36,625 nucleotides of DNA from a virus: positions 1 through 36,625 of IMG/VR virus record IMGVR_UViG_3300031920_000020. One strand, given 5' to 3'. Shown here piece by piece: positions 18,480 to 26,688 of this stretch. Positions within the stretch are counted from its first letter, which is position 1. Each line of letters begins with the position of its first letter. The notes under the pieces were generated by a model that did not search any database, was not told the DNA's origin, and worked only from the letters and a program-made list of their open reading frames with translations. The position numbers were made by a program, and so were the translations under genes.

Positions 18480-18935
18480 TGTGCTCCTCCTTGTCCCATA
18501 CCTTGTTTAAGTAGCTCAGGTGCAGCCTTGACAGTAGCTTCCTGCATTGCAGCATCTTGAGATGCTTTGGCTTCTCCAGCTAATACTTCTTTATACTCAT
18601 CTTCAGTCATGACCCATGGTGACTCCATAGACAAGGCAGCAGCAATCTCCCTTGAGTAGATGTCGAACTTAGTCCTCTTCTGTACAGGCTCAGGCCAAGT
18701 GAGAGGAAGTTGCATCATCTCTGTATAAGTTCTGATCTTATCCAGATCTCCTGATCTTCCGAACGCTGCTAGCCCTGTTATAATATCAGGATTGACAGAA
18801 CCAACTAAAGGGAATTTTATCTTCCTCAAGTACATATTAGCTAGTGGCTTCTGCATGGTCTCTGCAAGTAGCCCATAGACTCCACCTAATGAGACCTCTA
18901 GCTCCTGTGCATCTATCCTGAGTTCGACTGTAGTT
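18476..18935 (-). CDS. Portal protein, exon 2 (C-terminal 153 codons)
   Basis: The frame is open upstream of the track ATG back to 18934 (TTVELRIDAQELEVSLGGVYGLLAET-MQKPL...). It continues the conserved portal motif that is interrupted at 19678. Confidence 0.8.
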
Positions 18936-19677
18936 CATTAATATTATCGTAGGTTCGTTATTCCTACACTGCATGTTACCATGCAGATTAGACTATATCT
19001 TGCCCGCAATAGGCCTACTTGTTTCGAGCCACTTAGCTCTACTTCCTTTCGGAATAGTCGTTACACACCAACATTAAACTAACTTTGAAGTGATGTGACT
19101 CCAGTTCTTCCCTTGCCTAACTGACTTTATAGCGCCCACAGACACAGGGAGTTTTAGTTTATCCCTTATCTGTCTAGCTGTTAAAGTAGAATGTCTAAGA
19201 CTCCATATGGAGATGACATCAGTCTCTGTCAAGAGACTTATAGGGTTCTTTTCCCCCTTGTTAGTCTTTAATCCAGTATCATAAGCATGTTGTACATTTT
19301 GCTTACTGGTACACCACTCCAGATTTGAAGCTGTGTTTATGTACCTCTCTCCTTTAATATGATTTACCTGTGGGAGATTAAGTGGATTAGGGATGAAGTG
19401 TTCAGCAACTAGAAGATGAAGCGGATAGAATTTATCAAGATGTACTTTGACATATCTATTCTTTTTCGTAATTGTTGTACCCTTCAAGGTAACACCTGTT
19501 GTCTCATTAACTACGACACCAAGTGTATCTATACTGTATTCACATTTTAAATCTTTGTTTAGTCTTATCTTTCTGTAGAGCATTTAAGTCTCCTTAGTTA
19601 AAGATTAGTTGTTGCTAGGTATTGTCCCATAGGGAGTTTCACCTAATTAAAGTAGTTTATAGAGGGCAACTTTGTCT
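18936..19677 (-). mobile_element. Group I intron (742 nt) interrupting the portal gene; carries an HNH homing endonuclease ORF
   Basis: The 5' exon ends in U (GAGAGGGU|AGACAAAGUUGCCCUC). Intron nt 11-16 (GCCCUC) pair with exon GAGGGU to form P1 with a U.G pair. AGUU pairs with exon-2 AACU to form P10. The intron ends in G (UAUUAAUG|AACUAC). The 3' part has GNRA-capped stems (UUCC-GAAA-GGAA, CUGCAUG-GUAA-CAUGCAG). The spliced ORF is in frame. Confidence 0.8.
19074..19583 (-). CDS. Intron-encoded HNH homing endonuclease
   Basis: 169 aa. HNH_3-type motif: HLLVAEHFIPNP..QVNHIKGERYINTASNLEWCTSKQNVQHA. The C-terminus looks like a helix-turn-helix DNA-binding tail. It has its own SD (AAGGAG). Confidence 0.85.
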   Translation of the reverse strand: MLYRKIRLNKDLKCEYSIDTLGVVVNETTGVTLKGTTITKKNRYVKVHLDKFYPLHLLVAEHFIPNPLNLPQVNHIKGERYINTASNLEWCTSKQNVQHAYDTGLKTNKGEKNPISLLTETDVISIWSLRHSTLTARQIRDKLKLPVSVGAIKSVRQGKNWSHITSKLV

Positions 19678-20795
19678 ACCCTCTCGGCATCACGTCTAGC
19701 AGCGGAGTTCAGCAAGAATGCTTGACCAATCCTCTTCTCATACTCCTTGAGTACTTCTACTATAGGTGTAAAGTCCCCCAATCTCTCAAGCTGTAAGATC
19801 CCTACATCATCCATATTACCAAATATCCACTCCCCTGATGGTGCCGTGGAAATCTCATCTATGTCTGTCTCAGACCCTGGCTTGATTAGGTACTTGATGT
19901 CAGCCATCATTGCCATGCCTTTGACTAGGGCTTCAGATAGGAACTCAACTACATAAAAGTCACCTGCATAATCCTCTACGTGACCTCTACCATAATCCTC
20001 TCCACTAGCACTATTCCACCTGAGAGGTATCCAAGGCAGTTCCCCTTCAGGCACATCGAGAGGCTCTTTTATCACGATACCCTCTACAGCTTGAGTGACA
20101 GTGAAGGTCTCATGATCCTGCCTAACTACCCAAGTGTATATTGTTATGATAGCATTCTCGTCAGGTGCCTTGTCTCCTTTAATTATTTTGATACCTTCGA
20201 TGATATCGGGAGAGAGAGCAGAGAATGCTTTCTTCTGAGTTATGATAAGTTCAAGTAGGTTACCACTGAGGTCTCTCTGAAGTACATATCTGTCCAGCTT
20301 GATAGCCTGTAGCTTACCACCTTCTGGCAGTGCCATTAGAATATTACCTGAGATGATAAGGCTCTTCATTGCTTCTGTATATGCTACACGTGCAGCTATA
20401 GTCTCTGTATACGTCATTGCTTGCTTCTCTGCCTTAACTAAAAGCTCAGACAGCTTTGTTGCATCATGCCCTTCCTTCTTTAGAGAAGCTTTTGCTAATT
20501 CATTAAACTCTAATTTGAAGAAGGATCTTCCTACTGGAAACATATTAATGACAAGCTTGTTACTTAAGTGATTTACTGCCTGTGCTCCGATTGACTGGAA
20601 CCCATGCTGGTTAGCTCCAGCTCCTCTAGTAGTCCCATCATTATCAGGATACATAGAGGGAAGAGTGAACCTAGAGTACTCCCTTGCTTGATCTAAGAAT
20701 ACATTTCTATCTGATACCAAGGTCGAGTTCCTTGACTCCACATCAGATGGCGATCCTTTGGGCCTCCTTACTGCAACAGTGCGGTGCTCAGCCAT
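19678..20795 (-). CDS. Portal protein, exon 1 (N-terminal 372 codons plus 2 nt)
   Basis: gp8-like (..GANQHGFQSIGAQAVNHLSNKL..., ...SGEDYGRGHVEDYAGDF...). In the unspliced ORF, ...LNSAARRDAERV is followed by 9 intron-encoded codons and a stop. Confidence 0.85.
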
Positions 20796-20796
20796 G

Positions 20797-20985
20797 TTAT
20801 ACTTTTACTCCACTGGATACCTTGCTACCAGTAGGCTTGATCAAAGCTCTCTTCCCCTGAGTTCTGATATTAGTGCCATCATCTATGTCATCTGTACCCA
20901 ACTCAATGTCCTCTGGTTCCACATCTACTTTACGCTCTGGCTTATCTGCTGGCGCAGTTGGTGTCTTAGGTGTTGAAAATCCCAT
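20797..20985 (-). CDS. Hypothetical small protein upstream of portal
   Basis: 62 aa. SD is AAGGAGGT. It is coupled to the portal start (TAAcATG). Confidence 0.5.
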   Translation of the reverse strand: MGFSTPKTPTAPADKPERKVDVEPEDIELGTDDIDDGTNIRTQGKRALIKPTGSKVSSGVKV

Positions 20986-20986
20986 A

Positions 20987-21448
20987 TTACCTCCTTACTT
21001 TATAAAAGTTTTGTCCACCATCAGAATATCCAAGGTGTCCGTATAATGCCTTAGCTGCTTTATTCTTATGTATCCCAGAGCTGGCACCTGTAAGGATTAC
21101 ACTAGCTCCGTTAGCCTCTGCCCAATCCTCGAAAGCTTCTACTAATCCTTTAGCAGTCACTAAGTCTCTGTGATCTTTATGAACATACAGCACTACGTCA
21201 TGCGCTATCTTGTCAGATGACCAAGTAGGAGCAGACACGATACCCCACATAAACCCTACTATCTCTGTCCCTTCATATGCCATAAAGATCTGCTGGTCAG
21301 GGTCAGCTATTGCTATAGCCATGTTGCTGCATAACGTGACTGGATCAAAGGATAATGGACTCCACTGAGTTGCCTCCTCTGCGTACTCTTTTGCTAGGGT
21401 AAGGCACCTTATAATATCCAGCTCTACTATCCCTCTGATCTTAACCAT
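20987..21448 (-). CDS. GNAT-family acetyltransferase-like protein
   Basis: The start is trimmed to MVKIRGIV (ATG 21448; the track ORF starts at TTG) with a GAGGTGG SD. The core (..EIVGFMWGIV...VLYVHKDHRD..GLVEAFEDWAEANGASVILTGAS..) looks like a GNAT fold. Confidence 0.5.
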   Translation of the reverse strand: MVKIRGIVELDIIRCLTLAKEYAEEATQWSPLSFDPVTLCSNMAIAIADPDQQIFMAYEGTEIVGFMWGIVSAPTWSSDKIAHDVVLYVHKDHRDLVTAKGLVEAFEDWAEANGASVILTGASSGIHKNKAAKALYGHLGYSDGGQNFYKVRR

Positions 21449-21639
21449 CAGTATCCACCTCTTGAGATGCAAGCCTTGATCTGCTTACGTATCCGCTTGA
21501 CTGTGTTCTCACTAACATACTCTGCATGAGAAGCTGAGATAGGTAGATCCTTCTCCTTAAGGATCACTTCCAAGCACTCTATTACATCAGGTGCAAAGTA
21601 CACTGGCTTTGTCTTTTTGTTATTCTCTTGTGGTCTCAT
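21448..21639 (-). CDS. Hypothetical protein
   Basis: The start is trimmed to MRPQENNKK (ATG 21639), 6 nt after GGAGG. The TGATG overlaps the next gene. Confidence 0.45.
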   Translation of the reverse strand: MRPQENNKKTKPVYFAPDVIECLEVILKEKDLPISASHAEYVSENTVKRIRKQIKACISRGGY

Positions 21640-21805
21640 CAACATCCTCCATAACTGCCTTAAGGCTATCAACATCTATCCCTAGCTCATATGCTCTAAG
21701 CTTGACTGCATCATTAGGAACGATTCCATTACGGTAGTTAGTCATTAGTATATCAACTATGTTTACTGCTTCTAAATCATCATCATGCAAGTTACTCGTT
21801 TTCAT
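21620..21805 (-). CDS. Hypothetical acidic protein
   Basis: 61 aa. SD is AGGAGG. It is the first gene after a 110-nt AT-rich gap. Confidence 0.5.
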   Translation of the reverse strand: MKTSNLHDDDLEAVNIVDILMTNYRNGIVPNDAVKLRAYELGIDVDSLKAVMEDVDETTRE

Positions 21806-21916
21806 AGGAACCTCCTACAGTTAGCCTACACTGCAAGAGCCTCCATAATCCAACAGGTGACTTGTAGTATCAGTATAGACGCTAGTATTATTTTTATATG
21901 TTTATCATCAAAAGGA

Positions 21917-22906
21917 TCAGGCAACATCAGAAGCCCCCTTGTCAAATCTAAGTTCACCTACTTTGGGCAGCCTGAGCTTGCCCTTGCTGCTCTCTTGCAG
22001 TGCGTACACTTGGAAGATCTTTCCTACTGGCCCAAGGGTCTTGTAGTACCCATCTTCTAGTAGGAAGTCTTCATGAGACATGACAAAGTTATCCCACATC
22101 TCCTCTGCATCAGCATGAGTCCAGCCCTTACCTAGCATACACTTGATCTCCTTCCCATCCTTCCACTCAAAGAAGAGGTTAGCTACTAGACCCTTGTACT
22201 TTCCGGTACCCTCTTCAGCACCTACGCACAGGAGATCGTAGTCTACACCCTTAACCTTCTTCCACATCCTCCAGCCCTTGTGTCCAGCTACCCATGCCTC
22301 ATCAGGCTTTAAGACAGTCCCCTCCTGGTTAGCATTTACACACACCTTGAAGTAATGATCTATCTCATCCTCATCATAGAGTAGTGTCCCTACCAGTACT
22401 TCATACTGCTTGGGTAGAACATCAATAAGCTCAAGGAGTCGCTCCTCATAGTCAGACTCAGATTCACCCTTGATGAAGTCATCAATCCCAAGGTAGTCAT
22501 GAAAGGACAAGTACGTGTGCTGCATAAGTAAAGTCTGCTCTTCACTGAGGGGCTTCACCCTATTAGGGTTTACCATACCAGAAAGAGTTTCCAGAGAGCA
22601 GTGATCGTTACAAAGCTCAGCTAGGTATATGCCAGATGCTGCTGAAGATGTCCAGAATAATCTAACTATCTCTCCAAGATTAGTAAACTTCATACCAGTT
22701 CTTGAGAATAGGTTGCAGTATTCGTTAGTACTGCCTAGATTATCCTTAAGCACGACATGGCAGTACACTCCATCTTTCTTAATCTGCCCACGTACAGGCC
22801 AGCTCTTCCTTGATTCAGGAACTTCATCCATGTTCCTAACCTTCATGGTAGTCTTCTCTTTTATTCTGTGGTTGGCTGGGAGGCCAAGGAACTCGAATAT
22901 ATTCAT
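21917..22906 (-). CDS. ATP-dependent DNA ligase
   Basis: 329 aa. It has motif I KxDG (QIKKDGVYC), motif IV (EGTVLK) and motif V (MWKKVK). Confidence 0.85.
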   Translation of the reverse strand: MNIFEFLGLPANHRIKEKTTMKVRNMDEVPESRKSWPVRGQIKKDGVYCHVVLKDNLGSTNEYCNLFSRTGMKFTNLGEIVRLFWTSSAASGIYLAELCNDHCSLETLSGMVNPNRVKPLSEEQTLLMQHTYLSFHDYLGIDDFIKGESESDYEERLLELIDVLPKQYEVLVGTLLYDEDEIDHYFKVCVNANQEGTVLKPDEAWVAGHKGWRMWKKVKGVDYDLLCVGAEEGTGKYKGLVANLFFEWKDGKEIKCMLGKGWTHADAEEMWDNFVMSHEDFLLEDGYYKTLGPVGKIFQVYALQESSKGKLRLPKVGELRFDKGASDVA

Positions 22907-22923
22907 ATCAGTTATCTCCCTAT

Positions 22924-23307
22924 CTATCTATTATTATATCCTAGATCAATCTGCCTGATACGCTCTTGACAGATGTGAATCATCTTCTCATAATCTAATC
23001 GTCTGCTATCCCCTTCCTTAGTACGCAGCACTCTCTTGACAATATCAGCATCCCAAGGATTCAGCTCGTACTCCAGCCAGATCTGCCAAGGCTGTATGTC
23101 ATGCTTAGCGTAATTAGATGTGCCCACATTATGTGATCTTACATCATCTTTGAGTGCAGGGATGACAGCTTCTGATCCTGTCTCTAATCTACGTAGACAA
23201 CCATCACACGCAGAATCATTATTATCATCAATGAGTAGGTAGCATCTATCTCTATCTATATTATAAATTGAGTGGCAGAGATTGTATCTCTTAGGTTGCT
23301 TATTCAT
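22924..23307 (-). CDS. DUF3310-like protein
   Basis: 127 aa. The block YAKHDIQPWQIWLEYELNPWDADIVKRVLR resembles DUF3310 phage proteins, as recalled from memory. Confidence 0.5.
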   Translation of the reverse strand: MNKQPKRYNLCHSIYNIDRDRCYLLIDDNNDSACDGCLRRLETGSEAVIPALKDDVRSHNVGTSNYAKHDIQPWQIWLEYELNPWDADIVKRVLRTKEGDSRRLDYEKMIHICQERIRQIDLGYNNR

Positions 23308-23311
23308 GTCA

Positions 23312-23983
23312 TCACCGTTTCGGAATGAACTTCATCTCATCATGAGCATACACAATCCCACATCCCAAGGACACAGGAACTTTAAAGAACAACTTAGCAT
23401 ATCTAGCATTGTACTTCTCTGAGTCCATAAGGCAACCGACATTCATTGCTGCCATCTTATACCTAGCTTTAGGTATGTCGAATACAGCAGCATGTGCGTG
23501 AGTGTGGCCTTGCACATAAGAAGACCCTAGCTTGATAGCAGTGTTCTTAGCACCGTACATCCCATTAGACCCCAGACCATGCTCATATATCACCTCATCA
23601 ATATCCCATCTCTCTGACCACTCCCAAGCATCCGGCAGATCGTACACTGCATTGAGTGACTTGAGAAAGAAATCAGGTGGGAGTCCCATAGCCCTAGCAA
23701 CTCGCATAGGTAGATCATCATGATTACCTCTACAGATTTTAGCTTTTGGGAAAGCCTTCACCCACCTAGCTAGCTCCTCCTTTGCTAGAATACCCTCCTC
23801 TATGGGATTGAGAGCATCGACTTCATTCTGATGAAACCCTATGTAGTGATGATCAACTATGTCACCAATGAAGATTACATCCGTCACCTTCTGTTCTGAG
23901 AAAGTATCCCTAATAAATGGTAACGCATCCTCTAAGTGTCCAGGTATTTGTAAGTCTGGGATAACTCCCACAATCTTTTGCAT
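23312..23983 (-). CDS. Calcineurin-like metallophosphoesterase
   Basis: Motifs DLQIPGH, GDIVDHH, GNHDD and GHTHAH are present. Confidence 0.8.
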   Translation of the reverse strand: MQKIVGVIPDLQIPGHLEDALPFIRDTFSEQKVTDVIFIGDIVDHHYIGFHQNEVDALNPIEEGILAKEELARWVKAFPKAKICRGNHDDLPMRVARAMGLPPDFFLKSLNAVYDLPDAWEWSERWDIDEVIYEHGLGSNGMYGAKNTAIKLGSSYVQGHTHAHAAVFDIPKARYKMAAMNVGCLMDSEKYNARYAKLFFKVPVSLGCGIVYAHDEMKFIPKR

Positions 23984-24387
23984 TAACTCTCCTTTCTCTT
24001 AGCAGCAGCTTTCCTCCTCCGCTTCTTATTTAAAGCTAGTGTCTTTTCATTAGCTGTCTTATGATCCCAGTATATCCACTCCGTCTGGGGTGTGCTGTGC
24101 AGTTCCCAGAATGCTACTAAGTTCTTTGCATACTTAATGAGAGCAGCCTTGGTGCCTACACTACCCCACGTACTGAATACTCGTAGTACCTTTCCCTCTA
24201 GGCCATTACACCTACGGTGAACAGCAGCTCTTACTATCCCTGTCTTATGATCGTGGTCAACCACAATGTTAATAGGTGCAGTACCTAAGAGAGTCCTCCC
24301 GCAGATAGGGCATATAGCCCTCTGCCTGTGTATAAGCTCATCCCTTACAGTGGATAGCTCTGTTCGTTTGAACTTGGTACGCTCCAT
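23983..24387 (-). CDS. Recombination endonuclease VII
   Basis: Motif CPICGR...VDHDHKTGIVRAAVHRRCNGLEGK, with a basic C-terminal tail. Confidence 0.85.
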   Translation of the reverse strand: MERTKFKRTELSTVRDELIHRQRAICPICGRTLLGTAPINIVVDHDHKTGIVRAAVHRRCNGLEGKVLRVFSTWGSVGTKAALIKYAKNLVAFWELHSTPQTEWIYWDHKTANEKTLALNKKRRRKAAAKRKES

Positions 24388-25583
24388 AAGTCATCCTCAC
24401 TTGTCTGCATCCAGGCTAGTCGTCCCTGCTCAGTCAGTCTCTCCAACCAGGAATCCCCATACACGTTCTCATATGCTTGTCTCACACGAGAGACTAGTTC
24501 CTGCTCTGAGTCTGCACCATCTAGCATGGCGAATGCTTTAGTCATACCAACGTCTGGCAGACCTGAATAGTTATCTACTGTATCTCCTGTTATGATCTGA
24601 CTATAGAAGAACATCAGTCCAGTACCAGAGAGCTTATGCATGTAACTGCTTGGCTTCATTCCTACCTTAACACGCTTGAACTTACCTTTGTCTTTCTGTG
24701 CTCCACGTGTATAAGTATCTTGTGGACCGGACATATCATGCCACACATAATCCATCTCCCACCTATGCTTTGGGGATCTTATTTCATCCTTAGTCTTTAA
24801 GGTGAGCTTACCACCATACATCATGGGAACTTTGCAGTGCTTTAGGTTTACAGGCTTGCCACCGAAGCAAGGCCAGTACTCATAGTCTGTAACTTGCTTC
24901 TCTCTATATTCTGGGTCAAGAGATCCTAAAGGTGTAGCCCAGAAGAGATCCTTATCAGGTGGACAATGCCAAGTAGGTATCATCCTAAGATCTTTATCCT
25001 TAGATACTATAACAAAATTTGACATCTTCTTATGCCAAGCTGACCAGAGTTCCCCACCTTCATCTAGGAAGATCTTAATCCTCCTCCATGCTTCGATAGA
25101 AATATCATCATCAGCCTCTCTTCCTGTAGACAGGTGTGCTGAGTGGTGGGAGAGTAGCCAGTTCCTGATCTCCTGAAAGTAAGGAGGCTTCTCCTCTATT
25201 CGCTGCCCCTTGTAAGTCTTAGTCTCAGCTATAGCTTCTCTGAAGTTAGCCTCAAATGGTTGATCTTCACGTATCCCACCTCTCTCATAGTCTAGCTTAC
25301 TACTAGTCATGAACAGCATTGCACTATCACATCCAGCATTGTTGACCCACTTGTTCAGCAGGAAGCTAGCATGTTCTTTCTTTGACTGCCAGGATCTGTG
25401 CTCATTGAAGCTACCAGAACGCTTAGCAGCTAGGTACTCTGTCATATCTGAGGTGTAACCAACAACATAAGCTATTGCATCAGCATCAACTAGAGCTGTC
25501 CTTCTTCCTTCAGTGGGCCAGAGAAAGATGTTACTCTCTCCAGCCACATCCTTGCTGTCACATCCGAAATCAAAGTCACTCAT
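24345..25583 (-). CDS. 5'-3' exonuclease (T7 gp6-like, FEN/PIN fold) with extra internal segment
   Basis: The start is trimmed to MSDFDF (ATG 25583; ATGAGTGA overlaps the upstream stop). Motifs are ALVDADAIAY, YKGQR, READDD, SKDKD and GLMFFYSQIITGDTVDNYSGLPDVG. Confidence 0.75.
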   Translation of the reverse strand: MSDFDFGCDSKDVAGESNIFLWPTEGRRTALVDADAIAYVVGYTSDMTEYLAAKRSGSFNEHRSWQSKKEHASFLLNKWVNNAGCDSAMLFMTSSKLDYERGGIREDQPFEANFREAIAETKTYKGQRIEEKPPYFQEIRNWLLSHHSAHLSTGREADDDISIEAWRRIKIFLDEGGELWSAWHKKMSNFVIVSKDKDLRMIPTWHCPPDKDLFWATPLGSLDPEYREKQVTDYEYWPCFGGKPVNLKHCKVPMMYGGKLTLKTKDEIRSPKHRWEMDYVWHDMSGPQDTYTRGAQKDKGKFKRVKVGMKPSSYMHKLSGTGLMFFYSQIITGDTVDNYSGLPDVGMTKAFAMLDGADSEQELVSRVRQAYENVYGDSWLERLTEQGRLAWMQTSEDDLWSVPSSNEQSYPL

Positions 25584-25782
25584 TTTTACCCCACGATACC
25601 TTTGGCCCAAGTGATATAGTGTACCCGTACAGTACCAATAGGGTGAACGTGTCCTCCTCTTCAAATGGAGGTAATGTAATATAAGTCTCCCTCCTATCAC
25701 ATGCCTCTCTTATCAACCTATCTATCATTATTTGCTCTGACTCTCGGTAGGAGATAGTCCTAGCCTCCTCTGCACTAATCAC
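25576..25782 (-). CDS. Small protein, MISAEEAR paralogue 2 (GTG start)
   Basis: 68 aa. It shares the N-terminal MISAEEAR and the C-terminal YGY...SWG(K/R) with the upstream gene. A GTGA stop-start overlap links them. Confidence 0.55.
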   Translation of the reverse strand: MISAEEARTISYRESEQIMIDRLIREACDRRETYITLPPFEEEDTFTLLVLYGYTISLGPKVSWGKNE

Positions 25783-25994
25783 TTTCTACCCCATGAGATC
25801 TTGTACAGCTCTGTTGTCTCATTGTACTGGACGTTATATCCATACGTCATCAGGACATTAAGGACAGACTTAGGAACATTAGCCTTCGTCTGTATGATGC
25901 AGTCACTACTAGGTGCCATAACCCTTATCTCTTCCTCTACAAGCTCTAGTGGAGTTGGCTCTCTCATCCCCCTAGCTTCCTCTGCACTAATCAT
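25779..25994 (-). CDS. Small protein, MISAEEAR paralogue 1
   Basis: The start is trimmed to MISAEEARGM (ATG 25994), 6 nt after GAGGAGG. 71 aa. Confidence 0.55.
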   Translation of the reverse strand: MISAEEARGMREPTPLELVEEEIRVMAPSSDCIIQTKANVPKSVLNVLMTYGYNVQYNETTELYKISWGRK

Positions 25995-26136
25995 CTTCAT
26001 CCTCCTCATACCCACAGTAGACTGGTTCATCATCAGGTGTATGATACCTGTAGTCTTCCCACTCTGCATACTCACAGCGTAGGACCTCTCTATATCCATC
26101 ACCTTCCATCATACCACCACATTTCTTGCATGACAT
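25987..26136 (-). CDS. Small Cys-containing acidic protein
   Basis: The start is trimmed to MSCKKCGG (ATG 26136) after AAGGAG. The upstream codons in the track ORF are the terminator stem. Confidence 0.5.
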   Translation of the reverse strand: MSCKKCGGMMEGDGYREVLRCEYAEWEDYRYHTPDDEPVYCGYEEDEDD

Positions 26137-26151
26137 CGCTATCTCCTTGTC

Positions 26152-26200
26152 AAAAAGAACCCACCCCAAAGTGCCGATCACTAGGCTATGGGTGGGTTCT
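26152..26200 (-). terminator. Hairpin plus U-run terminator
   Basis: Minus strand reads AGAACCCACCC...(23-nt loop with inner AGUG/CACU stem)...GGGUGGGUUCU followed by UUUUG. The stem is 11 bp. Confidence 0.7.
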
Positions 26201-26289
26201 CAAGTAAGCTACTAAGCAAGGCATACCAACCTTAATATCTGGGATTGTTTGTCGTCAGACGGTCGCCACCAGTTTCACTTAATAGTTTA

Positions 26290-26592
26290 CTAATTACGTT
26301 GGTTGATAGGTACGAACTCCTCATCTGTATCTTCATCAGACTCTTCAACCATGGCAAGCTTAGCTTCAAAGGTAATGAACTCACGGATGATACGAGTCTT
26401 GGCAGAAGCATTCTTGCCTTCGAGTCCAGCGTCCTTACAGAAAGCATCACAACGATCAGCAATCTCTTCTTCATGCTCAGCCATGACAGCAGCAGTTTCA
26501 GCAGATGCTTTGTCATCATACAGAACTACCTTTCCGTCAACGAGTACACCAAACTTATCAAATACAGCAATCACTTTAGAGTTATCAGCCAT
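26290..26592 (-). CDS. Acidic 100-aa protein in its own promoter-to-terminator unit
   Basis: Strong SD (TAAGGAG). The C-terminus is very acidic (VEESDEDTDEEF). It is flanked by the promoter-like 23-mer and the terminator. Confidence 0.7.
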   Translation of the reverse strand: MADNSKVIAVFDKFGVLVDGKVVLYDDKASAETAAVMAEHEEEIADRCDAFCKDAGLEGKNASAKTRIIREFITFEAKLAMVEESDEDTDEEFVPINQRN

Positions 26593-26665
26593 TTTAAATC
26601 TCCTTAAATATTAATTGAATTGTTCTCTAACTCCACACCGGAGTAGTTAAATTACTACAAGTCTT

Positions 26666-26688
26666 TCTTTCTATGATGCAACCTAATT
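26666..26688 (-). promoter_or_regulatory. Phage-RNAP-type promoter-like 23-mer
   Basis: Minus strand reads AATTAGGTTGCATCATAGAAAGA. It overlaps the TAA stop of the upstream ORF and lies 79 nt upstream of the ATG at 26592. Confidence 0.55.

Noticed and set aside
18857-19646. An intein or a genuinely split portal gene as the explanation for the interruption.
   Set aside because: The insert has stop codons in the portal frame. The HNH ORF is in its own frame with its own SD. The boundaries fit the group I rules (exon-terminal U, P1/P10 pairing, intron-terminal G) and restore the conserved portal motif exactly.
21806-21916. A sigma70-like promoter (TTGATG ... TAATAC or TATACT) or a sixth 23-mer copy in the AT-rich gap upstream of 21620..21805.
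   Set aside because: The spacing and the -10 quality are poor, and alignment to the 23-mer consensus fails. The gap is noted only as an unexplained intergenic region.
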